From the NCBI GenBank assembly GCA_016181305.1, contig JACOZN010000012.1, positions 965-64,964 on the forward strand: 64,000 nt of DNA, written 5' to 3'. A program made the translations under genes and the position numbers. Below, piece by piece: positions 47,516 to 56,251 of the stretch; within the stretch, counting starts at the first letter, position 1, and each line of letters begins with the position of its first letter. The notes below the pieces were generated by a model. It was not told the origin of the DNA. It saw only the letters and a list, made by a program, of their open reading frames with translations, and did no database searches. The stretch comes from Candidatus Woesearchaeota archaeon. GTDB lineage: Archaea > Nanobdellota > Nanobdellia > Woesearchaeales > GW2011-AR4.

Positions 47516-48277
47516 ATGAAAACAAAATATTATACTCAAAAATTGAATTTTTATGAATTGGTAGGTATAATTTTAGGAGATGGCTGCATCTACAATTACC
47601 CCACTAAAGGGATATACGGGCTTGAAATTTCAGGAAATGCTGAAGAAGATCATGAATATTTTTTGAAAATTTCAAGTTTTATTGAAAATTTAATCGGCAA
47701 AAAACCTAGGATAGTTACAAAAATTGAAAAACTTGGCAAAAGTCTAAGGCTGGTAGTTTATAGCAAAAAATTTGCTGAATACCTAATTAATGATATCGGC
47801 ATAACGTGTCAAAATAAAACTTTTGAGGGGGCTATCCCGAGAAGGTTTTTAGATTGGAAATATATCCGACATATTATAAGGGGACTCTTTGAAACGGATG
47901 GTTCGTTATATTTTTCAAAAGTTAAAGGGGTTTCTCGCTATCCAAGAGTCGAAATTAAAACCTCCAGCAAGATACTTGCAAATCAAATCATTGATATTTT
48001 AGAGCAAAAATCTTTTAAACCACATAAAAGAACCAATACATCGGATAGCACAATTGGAATATACGTGAGTGGCCCAATAATGTTAGAAAAATGGGTTCAA
48101 GAAATCGGGTTTGGAAGCAATAAAAATTTAAGTAAATACTTAGTTTGGAAGAAACTAGGATATTACATACCTAAAACCTCCTTAAATGAGAGAATAAACA
48201 TATTAAATGATGAAAATCATATTCAAGCGAGGGTGCCCAAGCGGCTAATTGTTACAGCAGAATGTACAAGTCGGTAG
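47516..48277 (+). CDS. LAGLIDADG-family homing endonuclease, double-motif, free-standing
   Basis: Two LAGLIDADG-type motifs (LVGIILGDGCI and IIRGLFETDGSLY). The ORF looks AT-richer than its surroundings by eye. Its last 51 nt run into the tRNA-Cys 5' exon and first intron. Confidence 0.8.
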   Translation: MKTKYYTQKLNFYELVGIILGDGCIYNYPTKGIYGLEISGNAEEDHEYFLKISSFIENLIGKKPRIVTKIEKLGKSLRLVVYSKKFAEYLINDIGITCQNKTFEGAIPRRFLDWKYIRHIIRGLFETDGSLYFSKVKGVSRYPRVEIKTSSKILANQIIDILEQKSFKPHKRTNTSDSTIGIYVSGPIMLEKWVQEIGFGSNKNLSKYLVWKKLGYYIPKTSLNERINILNDENHIQARVPKRLIVTAECTSR

Positions 48278-48371
48278 GGGAGCGGCTGCAAAGCAGCCAT
48301 ACGAGCTTTTCAAGCGATGAAATGATTGCGCCAAGCCCGCTTTATCATGGGTTCGAGTCCCATCCCTCGCT
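48227..48371 (+). tRNA. tRNA-Cys(GCA) with two introns (48242..48270 in D-loop; 48292..48335 at 37/38)
   Basis: Hand fold: acceptor GCGAGGG/CCCTCGC, U8, D-stem CCC/GGG with A13-A22, D-loop AGUCGGU, anticodon stem AGCGG/CCGCU, loop CUGCAA+C, variable UUAUC, T-arm AUGGG-UUCGAGU-CCCAU, discriminator U73. Lengths are 72 nt mature plus 29 plus 44, which equals the 145 nt span. Confidence 0.7.
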
Positions 48372-48376
48372 TTTTT
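48371..48376 (+). terminator. oligo-T tract after tRNA
   Basis: TTTTTT starts at the discriminator position. This resembles the oligo-T signal typical of archaeal termination. Confidence 0.4.
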
Positions 48377-48417
48377 AATAAAAACAATTAAAAACATGCA
48401 AAATAATTTCTTGTAAA

Positions 48418-49818
48418 ATGCCGTTAAAACTTTACAATACCTTAACAAGAAAAAAGGAAGTGTTCAAGCCGATAAAAAATAAGGCTGTCCATCTCTATTC
48501 CTGCGGGCCAACGGTTTATGACTATGCCCACATCGGCAATTTCAGGGCTTATGTCTGCAGCGACATTCTTAAGCGCTATCTAAAATACAAGGGCTTCAAG
48601 GTAAAGCATGTGATGAATATAACAGATGTAGATGACAAGACAATAAAAGGCGCAAATCAGCAAGGAATTTCTTTGAAGGAGTATACAAAAAAATTTGAAG
48701 AAGCTTTCCTGAATGACATTGGGGCATTGAACATTGACAAAGCAGAAATTTTTCCAAAAGCGACCGAGCACATAAAAGATATGGTTGTAATAGTAAAAAA
48801 ATTATTAAAAAATAATGTTGCCTATAAAAGCGATGACGGCAGTATTTATTACGATATTTCAAAATTTAAAAATTATGGAAAACTGTCTCATGCAAAAATA
48901 AAGTCGCTGAAAGAAGGCGCAAGGGTAAGGCAGGATTCTTATGAAAAAGAGGAAGCTCACGATTTCGCATTGTGGAAGGCTTATGACAAGGAAGATGGAA
49001 ATATTTTCTGGAACACGGAGGTTGGCAAAGGGCGCCCGGGATGGCACATTGAATGCAGTGCAATGTCGATGAAGTATCTTGGCAGTCATTTTGATATCCA
49101 TGCAGGCGGGGTTGACTTGGTTTTCCCGCATCACGAAAATGAGATTGCCCAAAGCGAGGCTTTTACAGGAAAAAAATTCGTGAATTACTGGTTCCACAAC
49201 GAGCACCTGCTTGTTGGCGGACACAAGATGTCTAAGTCTTTGGGGAATTTCTACACTTTGAGGGACTTGCTGCAAAAAGGCTACAATCCAAAGGCAATAA
49301 GGTATCTTTTGCTTTCTGTCCATTACAGACAACAGCTCAATTTCACAGAAGAGGCTGTAAAAGCGGCGGAAAATTCCATTCGAAGATTGGAAGATTTTAT
49401 GATTAAATTAAAGGAGCTTAAAAGTGATATAAAAAATGAAAACATTGAAAAATTAATAAAAAAGACAAAAAAAGAATTTGAAAAAGAGATGGACGATGAC
49501 TTGAACATTTCAAATGCGCTGGCCCATGTTTTTGAATTTGTGAAAGAAATTAATACATTGATGATGGAAGGCAAAATAGGCAAGGGTGATGCAAAAAAAA
49601 TTATGAGTTTTGTGGGGGTTTTTGATAAAGTCCTTGGCGTTCTCGAAAAAAAAGAAGAAAAACTAAGCACTGAACTGAAAAAATTAATTGATGAGCGGGA
49701 GAAGGCAAGAAAGGAAAAAAATTATGAGAAAGCGGACAGAATAAGGCAGCAGTTAAGTGAAAAAGGGATAATTCTTGAGGATACAAGGGATGGTGTTAGG
49801 TGGAAGAAGGCAGGTTAA
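48418..49818 (+). CDS. cysS: cysteinyl-tRNA synthetase
   Basis: HIGN (HIGH-type) and KMSKSLGN motifs, with CGPTVYD and WHIECSAM strings typical of CysRS. Confidence 0.95.
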   Translation: MPLKLYNTLTRKKEVFKPIKNKAVHLYSCGPTVYDYAHIGNFRAYVCSDILKRYLKYKGFKVKHVMNITDVDDKTIKGANQQGISLKEYTKKFEEAFLNDIGALNIDKAEIFPKATEHIKDMVVIVKKLLKNNVAYKSDDGSIYYDISKFKNYGKLSHAKIKSLKEGARVRQDSYEKEEAHDFALWKAYDKEDGNIFWNTEVGKGRPGWHIECSAMSMKYLGSHFDIHAGGVDLVFPHHENEIAQSEAFTGKKFVNYWFHNEHLLVGGHKMSKSLGNFYTLRDLLQKGYNPKAIRYLLLSVHYRQQLNFTEEAVKAAENSIRRLEDFMIKLKELKSDIKNENIEKLIKKTKKEFEKEMDDDLNISNALAHVFEFVKEINTLMMEGKIGKGDAKKIMSFVGVFDKVLGVLEKKEEKLSTELKKLIDEREKARKEKNYEKADRIRQQLSEKGIILEDTRDGVRWKKAG

Positions 49819-49821
49819 ACC

Positions 49822-52245
49822 TCAAAAATCAACCATAATTTCAACATCCTTCTCAGGAGCTTTCCCTCTTGTCGGCTCGAAAATTATCTGCTCTGCCGCT
49901 GTCGCTGCCTTTATCTCTGCTTCAACCCCGTCAAAGTCAATCTCTTCTATCTTTGCCTTTATCGTAAGTTTTTTTATCGGGGTTTTCAGTGAAAGCTGCT
50001 TTTCTGATTTCTTTTTTCTCACAAACTCTATGACTTCGACAACAAAGTCCCCGATTCTTTCTGCATGTTCGTCAATAATATTAATGTCAGGCCATTTTGT
50101 AAGATGCACGCTCTTGGTTTTTTCATGCTTCTTGTAGTAAATCTGGTACAATTCTTCTGTTATGAACGGCATTATGGGCGCCATCAGTTTTATGATTGTC
50201 AATAAAGTGTTGTACAAGCCGTATTGCGCAGACAATCTTGCATCCGAGCCTCTTTTTTCTGCATTGTAAATCCTGTCTTTTATTATTTCAAGGTAATTGT
50301 CGCAAAATGTATGCCAGAAGAATGTTTCTGTTGCGAGCTTTGTATGGGAGTACTCGTAGTTCATGAAATTTTCAGTGCTTTCCTTCACAACTTTGCTGAG
50401 CTTTGACAGAATCCACCTGTCCATCATTTCTATTTTGCCCGGGCGTTCCCCTTTATAGTCAGAAAGGTGCATGAATGCAAACTTTGAGGCATTCCATATC
50501 TTTGTAGTGAACTTCTGCCCCGTCACCAAGTCTTTTTCCTGGAACGGCAGGTCGTCTCCCAAGCGCGAGCCTGCTGCCCAGAATCTCAGCGAGTCTGCGG
50601 AATATTTCTTTATCATCTCTCTCGGGTCGATGACATTGCCCTTGCTCTTGCTCATCTTCTTTCCTTTTGGGTCCAAAGCCCAGCCTGAAATCATCACATT
50701 ATGCCATGGAATGTTCTTGTGGTGAAAATAGCTTTTTACAACAGTGTTGAAGAGCCAGAAAGTGATTATGTCGTGAGCCTGCGGGCGCAAGCTCATTGGG
50801 TGCAATGATTTTTGCAGTTTTTTGTCTTCAAATAATTCAATTGCAATGTCCGGTGTCAATGAAGAAGTTGCCCATGTGTCCAGAACATCTTTTTCTCCTA
50901 TAAATTCATTGGAACCGCACTTGCACTTTTTCAAAGGCTTGTCAACTAAAGGGTCAACAGGCAATTGTTTTTCATCTGCCGCAATTATTGCATTGCACTT
51001 CTTGCAGTACCACACAGGAATCGGAATTCCAAAATGCCTCTGCCTTGAAATGTTCCAGTCCCACTTCAGGCCCTGAATCCAGTTCTCGTACCTTGCGCGC
51101 ATGTGCCCCGGATACCATTTTATTTTCCTGCCGTATTTTATGAAATCATCTTTCAGGTCAAGGTATTTTATAAACCATTGGTCCACTGCCACATATTCTA
51201 TATCCGTTTCGCATCTTTCATGGGTATTGACAACGTGTTTTATTTTTTCAAGCTTTGCTATCGCACCTTCTTTTTGCAGGTCTTCTATGACTTTCTTCCT
51301 TGCTTCCTCGCTTCTCATTCCCTTATACCGCCCGGATAGCTCATTGTATTTTCCATCGAGCCCCATCACCTCCACAGGCTTGATGCCAGGATGCCTCTGC
51401 AGCCATTCAATGCAGTCAAGGCTTCCATAAGTGCAGTAGTAAACAAGCCCTGAGCCGTATTCAATATCTGTAAATTCATCAGGGATGATTTCCACAAGCC
51501 TGCCTGTGATGGGCATTCTTGCCTTTTTCCCGCTTATATGCCTGTATCTTTTGTCATCAGGATGGAATGATATGCCGACGCATCCGTAAATAAGCTCGGG
51601 CCTTGTTGTTGCAAAGACTATTTTTTCGCTGCTGCCTTCAACTTCAACTTGAATATGGACAAGCTGCGATTCCCTTTCAGCGTCTTTAAGCTCCACCTGA
51701 GCTATCGCTGTAAGGCAGTTTGGGCAGAACATTATGGGGTATTTTTTTTTCTCCAGCCTTCCCATTTTATAAAGCTCTATAAAGCTTTTTTGTGATATTC
51801 TCTGTGAATGCTTGTTTATGGTTGAATAAAAGATATTGAAATCGGCACTGGTGCCCAGCCGCCTCCAATCATAAACAAAGTCACTTCTTAGTTCTTCAAC
51901 AGTTGTATAGCACAATTTAACAAATTCCTGCCTTGGCATGAATTGTCCCTTCACATTTTTCATCTTTTCAATCATTCTCTCTGTGGCTAGCCCGTTATCA
52001 TCAACTCCAAAAGGATAAAACACATTCTTGCCGATCATCCTCTGGAACCTTACAACAAAGTCCTGCTGCGAATATGAGAAAGAATGCCCGAGGTGCATCT
52101 TGCCGCTTACTGTAGGAGGCGGAGTGTCAACAGAATAAATCTCTGCCTTGCTTTCGGGGTTAAAAGCATACACTTTTTCTTTTTCCCAGAACTCAAGCCA
52201 TTTGGGCTCTGAAACCTTGGCGTCATAATTCTTTGGAAGTTCCAT
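49822..52245 (-). CDS. valS: valyl-tRNA synthetase (archaeal type)
   Basis: TPPPTVSGKMHLGH, the GVDDNGLATE region, KMSKSKGN, and a CP1 editing insertion. 807 aa. Confidence 0.85.
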   Translation of the reverse strand: MELPKNYDAKVSEPKWLEFWEKEKVYAFNPESKAEIYSVDTPPPTVSGKMHLGHSFSYSQQDFVVRFQRMIGKNVFYPFGVDDNGLATERMIEKMKNVKGQFMPRQEFVKLCYTTVEELRSDFVYDWRRLGTSADFNIFYSTINKHSQRISQKSFIELYKMGRLEKKKYPIMFCPNCLTAIAQVELKDAERESQLVHIQVEVEGSSEKIVFATTRPELIYGCVGISFHPDDKRYRHISGKKARMPITGRLVEIIPDEFTDIEYGSGLVYYCTYGSLDCIEWLQRHPGIKPVEVMGLDGKYNELSGRYKGMRSEEARKKVIEDLQKEGAIAKLEKIKHVVNTHERCETDIEYVAVDQWFIKYLDLKDDFIKYGRKIKWYPGHMRARYENWIQGLKWDWNISRQRHFGIPIPVWYCKKCNAIIAADEKQLPVDPLVDKPLKKCKCGSNEFIGEKDVLDTWATSSLTPDIAIELFEDKKLQKSLHPMSLRPQAHDIITFWLFNTVVKSYFHHKNIPWHNVMISGWALDPKGKKMSKSKGNVIDPREMIKKYSADSLRFWAAGSRLGDDLPFQEKDLVTGQKFTTKIWNASKFAFMHLSDYKGERPGKIEMMDRWILSKLSKVVKESTENFMNYEYSHTKLATETFFWHTFCDNYLEIIKDRIYNAEKRGSDARLSAQYGLYNTLLTIIKLMAPIMPFITEELYQIYYKKHEKTKSVHLTKWPDINIIDEHAERIGDFVVEVIEFVRKKKSEKQLSLKTPIKKLTIKAKIEEIDFDGVEAEIKAATAAEQIIFEPTRGKAPEKDVEIMVDF

Positions 52246-52283
52246 TTCAAGTAGTAGTTTTTATTTGGTATTTAAAAGTTTAA

Positions 52284-52505
52284 TTATTCAAGAAACATCT
52301 TTTTGCCTAAACTGCAGAGGAGCGCGCTTAACTTCTGCCTTGCTTTTTCATAATTTCCCTGTTTTATGTCAGAATAAACATCAATATTTATGCTCCCGGG
52401 GACAGTGCTTGCGCTGAATTTGCCGTCATCCCTGATGTCAAGCATCAATAAGCCGTATTTCCCGCTTTTGGCAAGTTCTTCCGCAGTTATAAACTTCATT
52501 TTCAC
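52284..52505 (-). CDS. rhodanese-like domain fragment (73 aa)
   Basis: LLMLDIRDDGKFSASTVPGSINID resembles the rhodanese N-terminal half. A possible C-x-x-G-x-x loop (CSLGKK) sits right before the stop. It overlaps the rfcL stop by 4 nt. Confidence 0.4.
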   Translation of the reverse strand: MKMKFITAEELAKSGKYGLLMLDIRDDGKFSASTVPGSINIDVYSDIKQGNYEKARQKLSALLCSLGKKMFLE

Positions 52506-53713
52506 TTAGCCTGTTTCAGCCACCCAACCTCTTCGTCATTTAAATCAAGCTGGCTTATAATATTGCCCCTCATCTCCTTATTTTTGAACATTATCGGGAG
52601 ATAAGGCATTGTGCTTTTCAGGATGTCTTTTTGCGAGGCATGGGTTTTCTCGGCTATTTTGCCTGCAATCGCCTTTTTCTTCAATGACTTCTGCTTTGCC
52701 CACCATAATTTCAGGATCCTCCCGGTCGGCTTGTACTCAACAAGGTTCTTGTGCTTCTCCTTTTTTGCAGAGGCTATTCCAGCCGTAATCAGTGCATTTA
52801 TGTAAATCAAAAACCTATAATGCTGCCATCTCCTTATCCTCCTGTTGAAGACATCGGCTTTGCTCAGCATGTCATATGCCTTTGCAAGCTCTTCGGGCTT
52901 TGTGTACTCTTTCGGAAGGTTCTCGTCAATCCACAACAGTTGCTCGTTCAAGTCCTCTTCAACGCTGTCAAATGCGGAAATTGCGATCTTCAGGTCTGTT
53001 GTCTTGAACACCTTGTTCAATGCCGTCATTATGCTGTCAGTCTTGTTCCTGTCAGCAAGCTCTTCAAGGCTCTCTTTTGTCAGCTCTTTTTTAGCTTGGG
53101 TTAATGTTTGCAAATCATTTATGGCTGCTCTTGCATCGCCCCCTCCCCTTCTTGAAAGCGCTTTTAGGACATCTTCATCATACTTTATTTTTTCATTATC
53201 GCAGATGCTCTTTAATATTTGGAAAATTGACAGGTAACCAAGCTGCTTAAACTCGATTAAATTTGACTTGCCTCTCAAGGAGCTGAATTTGTTGTCAAAT
53301 GGGTTTGTGGCTGTCAAAATTATTGGGAATGCGGAATCTTCAATTAATTTTGTTATGGCCTGTATGCCGCCCCGGTCCTCGTGCCCTGACAAGCCGTCAA
53401 TCTCGTCAACAAGAATTATCTTGCCCTTTGCAAAAAGGCTTTGCTGCTTTATGGCATTGCCGACCTTTTGGTTGATTTGCTCTGCATTCCTGAAATCAGA
53501 TGCATTGACTTCTATAACCTCAAAGCCAATCTCATTTGCAATTGCATAAACCGAGCCTGTCTTTCCAGTTCCGCTTGGCCCGTAGATTAATGCAGAATTC
53601 TTTTTCTCATTCCTGAAATTGAGTATAAACTTCTTTAACTGCTTAACAACATCATCCTGCCCGATTATGTCTTTTTCAGTTTTCGGGATGTATTTGCGGA
53701 TTAAAGGCTGCAT
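52502..53713 (-). CDS. rfcL: replication factor C large subunit
   Basis: LIYGPSGTGKTGSVYAIANEIGFEVIEVNASDFRN Walker A context, ILVDEIDG Walker B, and a basic C-terminal PCNA-interacting-like tail. Confidence 0.85.
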   Translation of the reverse strand: MQPLIRKYIPKTEKDIIGQDDVVKQLKKFILNFRNEKKNSALIYGPSGTGKTGSVYAIANEIGFEVIEVNASDFRNAEQINQKVGNAIKQQSLFAKGKIILVDEIDGLSGHEDRGGIQAITKLIEDSAFPIILTATNPFDNKFSSLRGKSNLIEFKQLGYLSIFQILKSICDNEKIKYDEDVLKALSRRGGGDARAAINDLQTLTQAKKELTKESLEELADRNKTDSIMTALNKVFKTTDLKIAISAFDSVEEDLNEQLLWIDENLPKEYTKPEELAKAYDMLSKADVFNRRIRRWQHYRFLIYINALITAGIASAKKEKHKNLVEYKPTGRILKLWWAKQKSLKKKAIAGKIAEKTHASQKDILKSTMPYLPIMFKNKEMRGNIISQLDLNDEEVGWLKQAK

Positions 53714-53752
53714 AGCAGCTAGTGTTATTTTTGGTTTTATTAAGGTATTGGT

Positions 53753-54589
53753 TTATCTATTCTGATAATCTCCAAATCTAGCTCTTGTCTCTTTAACATA
53801 ATTGTAGGTTTCATTCACTATAAAGCTTATTGCTTCAGTCGCCTGCTTTTCATTCAAGTCTTTTGTCATAACGCAGTAGAATACCCTGCTTTCGTCAATG
53901 TAAATTATGCCGCAGTCATGAAAATACCTGTAACCGACATAATATGTCTCGCCGAACTTATGGGCTATAGCAATATCGCTGGGTATGTTAGCGGCTTTTT
54001 TAACATCAAAGGCTGAATCAGAAAGGAATGACAGCAGGCGCTCTGAATTCTCGGGCTCAAGAACCGTGGAAAAATACAGGCTGGAGAATAAGGTAGACAT
54101 TGCCTTCGGGCTTAATAAATTTGGGCGCTCTGCTGTTTCGCCTTCCTCAAAGTCTGCATTAACATCAATGCCGTAATAGTCCAGAACCAGCTGAAAATCC
54201 CCAGTATCGATTTGATGGAGCAATACCCTATAAGCCGTATTGTCTGACTCTTTCAGCATTTTTTCAAGCAAAACTCCGACAGGCAGCTGCTTTTCCTTGG
54301 TTTTGTAAAGCTCTCCAAAGCTGCTTGTCCTGTCCGAATCATCAATCTTAAGCAGGGTATCAAAGCTCAGCTCGCCGCTTTCAATCTTTTTTGTTATCAG
54401 GATTGCAACAGGCAGCTTAATCAGGCTTGCCGGGAAGAATCCTGTCCTTTCATTTATTCCCATGTATGCGCCGTTGCGGAAGTTCTCAACATATACTGAT
54501 ACGTTAAGGTTATTTTTTTTGATATAATCATTGATTTCTTCTTTCAATGGCGCAAAGCTCACTATCAGAAAACTCTTTGGCTCAAGCAA
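53753..54589 (-). CDS. serine hydrolase of class A beta-lactamase / PBP-like fold
   Basis: S-x-x-K (PASLIK), S-D-N (ESDNTA) and a K-x-G-like motif (HKFGE) occur in the canonical order. The listed start is non-ATG, so the N-terminus is uncertain. Confidence 0.6.
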   Translation of the reverse strand: MLEPKSFLIVSFAPLKEEINDYIKKNNLNVSVYVENFRNGAYMGINERTGFFPASLIKLPVAILITKKIESGELSFDTLLKIDDSDRTSSFGELYKTKEKQLPVGVLLEKMLKESDNTAYRVLLHQIDTGDFQLVLDYYGIDVNADFEEGETAERPNLLSPKAMSTLFSSLYFSTVLEPENSERLLSFLSDSAFDVKKAANIPSDIAIAHKFGETYYVGYRYFHDCGIIYIDESRVFYCVMTKDLNEKQATEAISFIVNETYNYVKETRARFGDYQNR

Positions 54590-54711
54590 TCCTGCATATA
54601 TTCTAGTCGATAAAAGCCCTTGGCTTCCGGCTTTTTCCAGCTTTATTATATTTTTCTGAGCTATTTAAAACAGAATTATGTCATCACTTTAAAATAAACA
54701 CAATCAAAACC

Positions 54712-54719
54712 TTTAAATA
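54712..54719 (+). promoter_or_regulatory. TATA box for transporter gene
   Basis: TTTAAATA ends 22 nt before the ATG at 54742. Confidence 0.45.
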
Positions 54720-54741
54720 ATGCATTGGTGAATTTATAATT

Positions 54742-56208
54742 ATGGGGGCAAATAACACAAGGCTTTTTGTATTATTGCTGACAGTTGCAGCAGCATTGGG
54801 CATAGGCAACATGTGGATTTACCCTTATCATTCCTTTAATTACACGGGATTGTTTTTCATCCCATACATCATTGCATTGATTGTTTTGGGAATGCCTTTG
54901 CTTATGCTTGAGCTTTCTATGGGGCAGTATTTCAACAAGAACATAGTTGACTTGTTTGCTTCGGTAAGAAAATGGTTCAGCAGCATCGGCTGGCTCATGC
55001 TGTTTAATGCTTTCATTGCAATGAGCTTCTCTGCAGTCATACTTTCATGGCACATCATTTATCTTTTTGTGTCTTTTGGCTTGCAGTGGAAAAATGGCGC
55101 TTCAAAATACTTTTTCAGCAATGTAATTCAGGCTTCTGACGGGTTTCATGGATTTGCAAGTTTTTCTTTGCCTGTGTTCATAGCTTTGATTATGGCTTGG
55201 CTTATAATATTTTTTTATATTAGGAAAGGCTTTGCAACCATAAAAAAGGCTTTTCTAGCCACATTTCCGGTTTTTGCCTTTTTGATGCTGCTGTTTTTTG
55301 TTTATTCTCTAAGTTTGGACAATGCTCTTCATGGTGTTTATTCATTTTTGAAGCCTAATCTAAAGGGCTTGCTTAAAGGAGAGGTTTGGCTTGCGTCTTT
55401 TGCACTTGCGCTGACTTCGCTTGGGCTTTCGTTTGGCATTTTTCATGCCTTAGGAAGCAAGAGTGAAAAGGGCTTTTTGGCTGGGTATTCTTTAATAGCT
55501 ATTGCTTCCAAGCTTCTTGTCAGCATTGCTATTGGATTTATTATGTTTTCAATTCTTGGTTTTTTAAGCATGAAGCAGTCAGTTGAATTGAGCCAGATTG
55601 TGTTTGCGGATTTCAGCTCTTTTTTTACAATATTGGCTCAGGCACTGCCTTTCTTTTACAAGCCAACCTTGCTTAGCTTCTTGTTTTTTGCGTTTTTTTC
55701 AGTGTTTTTTATATTTGGCGCTGCATCGCTTGGCTATGCAATCTCTCATGTGCTTGTGCACAAGTTTAACACAAAGCAGGTGAATGCTGCAATCCTTGTT
55801 TCTGGATTCGGCTTTTTGCTTGGCTTGATTTTTGTGATAAAGCCAGGCATTTACATTATGGAATTAGTAACGCATTTTTTCTATTATAATGTGCTGATTG
55901 CCATTCTGCTTGAAGTTGTCGCAATCGGCTGGTTTTTTAACATTGACAAGCTGTCGCAGCACATAAACCAGCATTCAATCCTGAAGATTGGCGGGCTGTG
56001 CAAGCTCATTGCAAGGTATATTGCGCCTTTGACCATAATTTTGCTTCTTTTTCTCCAGATAAGGGCTGATTTACTTGTGAATTACGGCTTTTTTGTCAAT
56101 TACAGCAAATACCAGTTGTGGGCTTTGCTTGCTTTCGGTATTGGAACTGTTGCAGCTCCTTTGGTTGCTGCATTTTTAATGCCGCAGAGGCTGCTGGATA
56201 GGGGATAG
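54742..56208 (+). CDS. sodium-dependent transporter, NSS/SNF family
   Basis: GIGNMWIYPY...FFIPYIIALIVLGMPLLMLELSMGQY matches the NSS TM1-TM2 signature. About 11-12 TM segments. Confidence 0.85.
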   Translation: MGANNTRLFVLLLTVAAALGIGNMWIYPYHSFNYTGLFFIPYIIALIVLGMPLLMLELSMGQYFNKNIVDLFASVRKWFSSIGWLMLFNAFIAMSFSAVILSWHIIYLFVSFGLQWKNGASKYFFSNVIQASDGFHGFASFSLPVFIALIMAWLIIFFYIRKGFATIKKAFLATFPVFAFLMLLFFVYSLSLDNALHGVYSFLKPNLKGLLKGEVWLASFALALTSLGLSFGIFHALGSKSEKGFLAGYSLIAIASKLLVSIAIGFIMFSILGFLSMKQSVELSQIVFADFSSFFTILAQALPFFYKPTLLSFLFFAFFSVFFIFGAASLGYAISHVLVHKFNTKQVNAAILVSGFGFLLGLIFVIKPGIYIMELVTHFFYYNVLIAILLEVVAIGWFFNIDKLSQHINQHSILKIGGLCKLIARYIAPLTIILLLFLQIRADLLVNYGFFVNYSKYQLWALLAFGIGTVAAPLVAAFLMPQRLLDRG

Positions 56209-56251
56209 TAACCATAACCTTTTTATTCTAAGTTTTTTAACTCAGTCTAAA

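Noticed and set aside
48227-48371. Initial reading of the tRNA as a class II tRNA (Leu/Ser), based on the GCGAGGGTGCCCAAGCGG start and the 145-nt length.
   Set aside because: The variable region is only 5 nt (UUAUC) once the AGCGG/CCGCU anticodon stem is placed. The extra length is explained by two introns. The anticodon GCA and U73 indicate Cys.
20864-48371. The island as an integrated virus or plasmid next to a tRNA gene.
   Set aside because: I recognise no integrase, replication, capsid or packaging gene. There is no direct repeat of the tRNA 3' end. The island's composition looks similar by eye to the flanking housekeeping genes. Only the LAGLIDADG cassette looks foreign.
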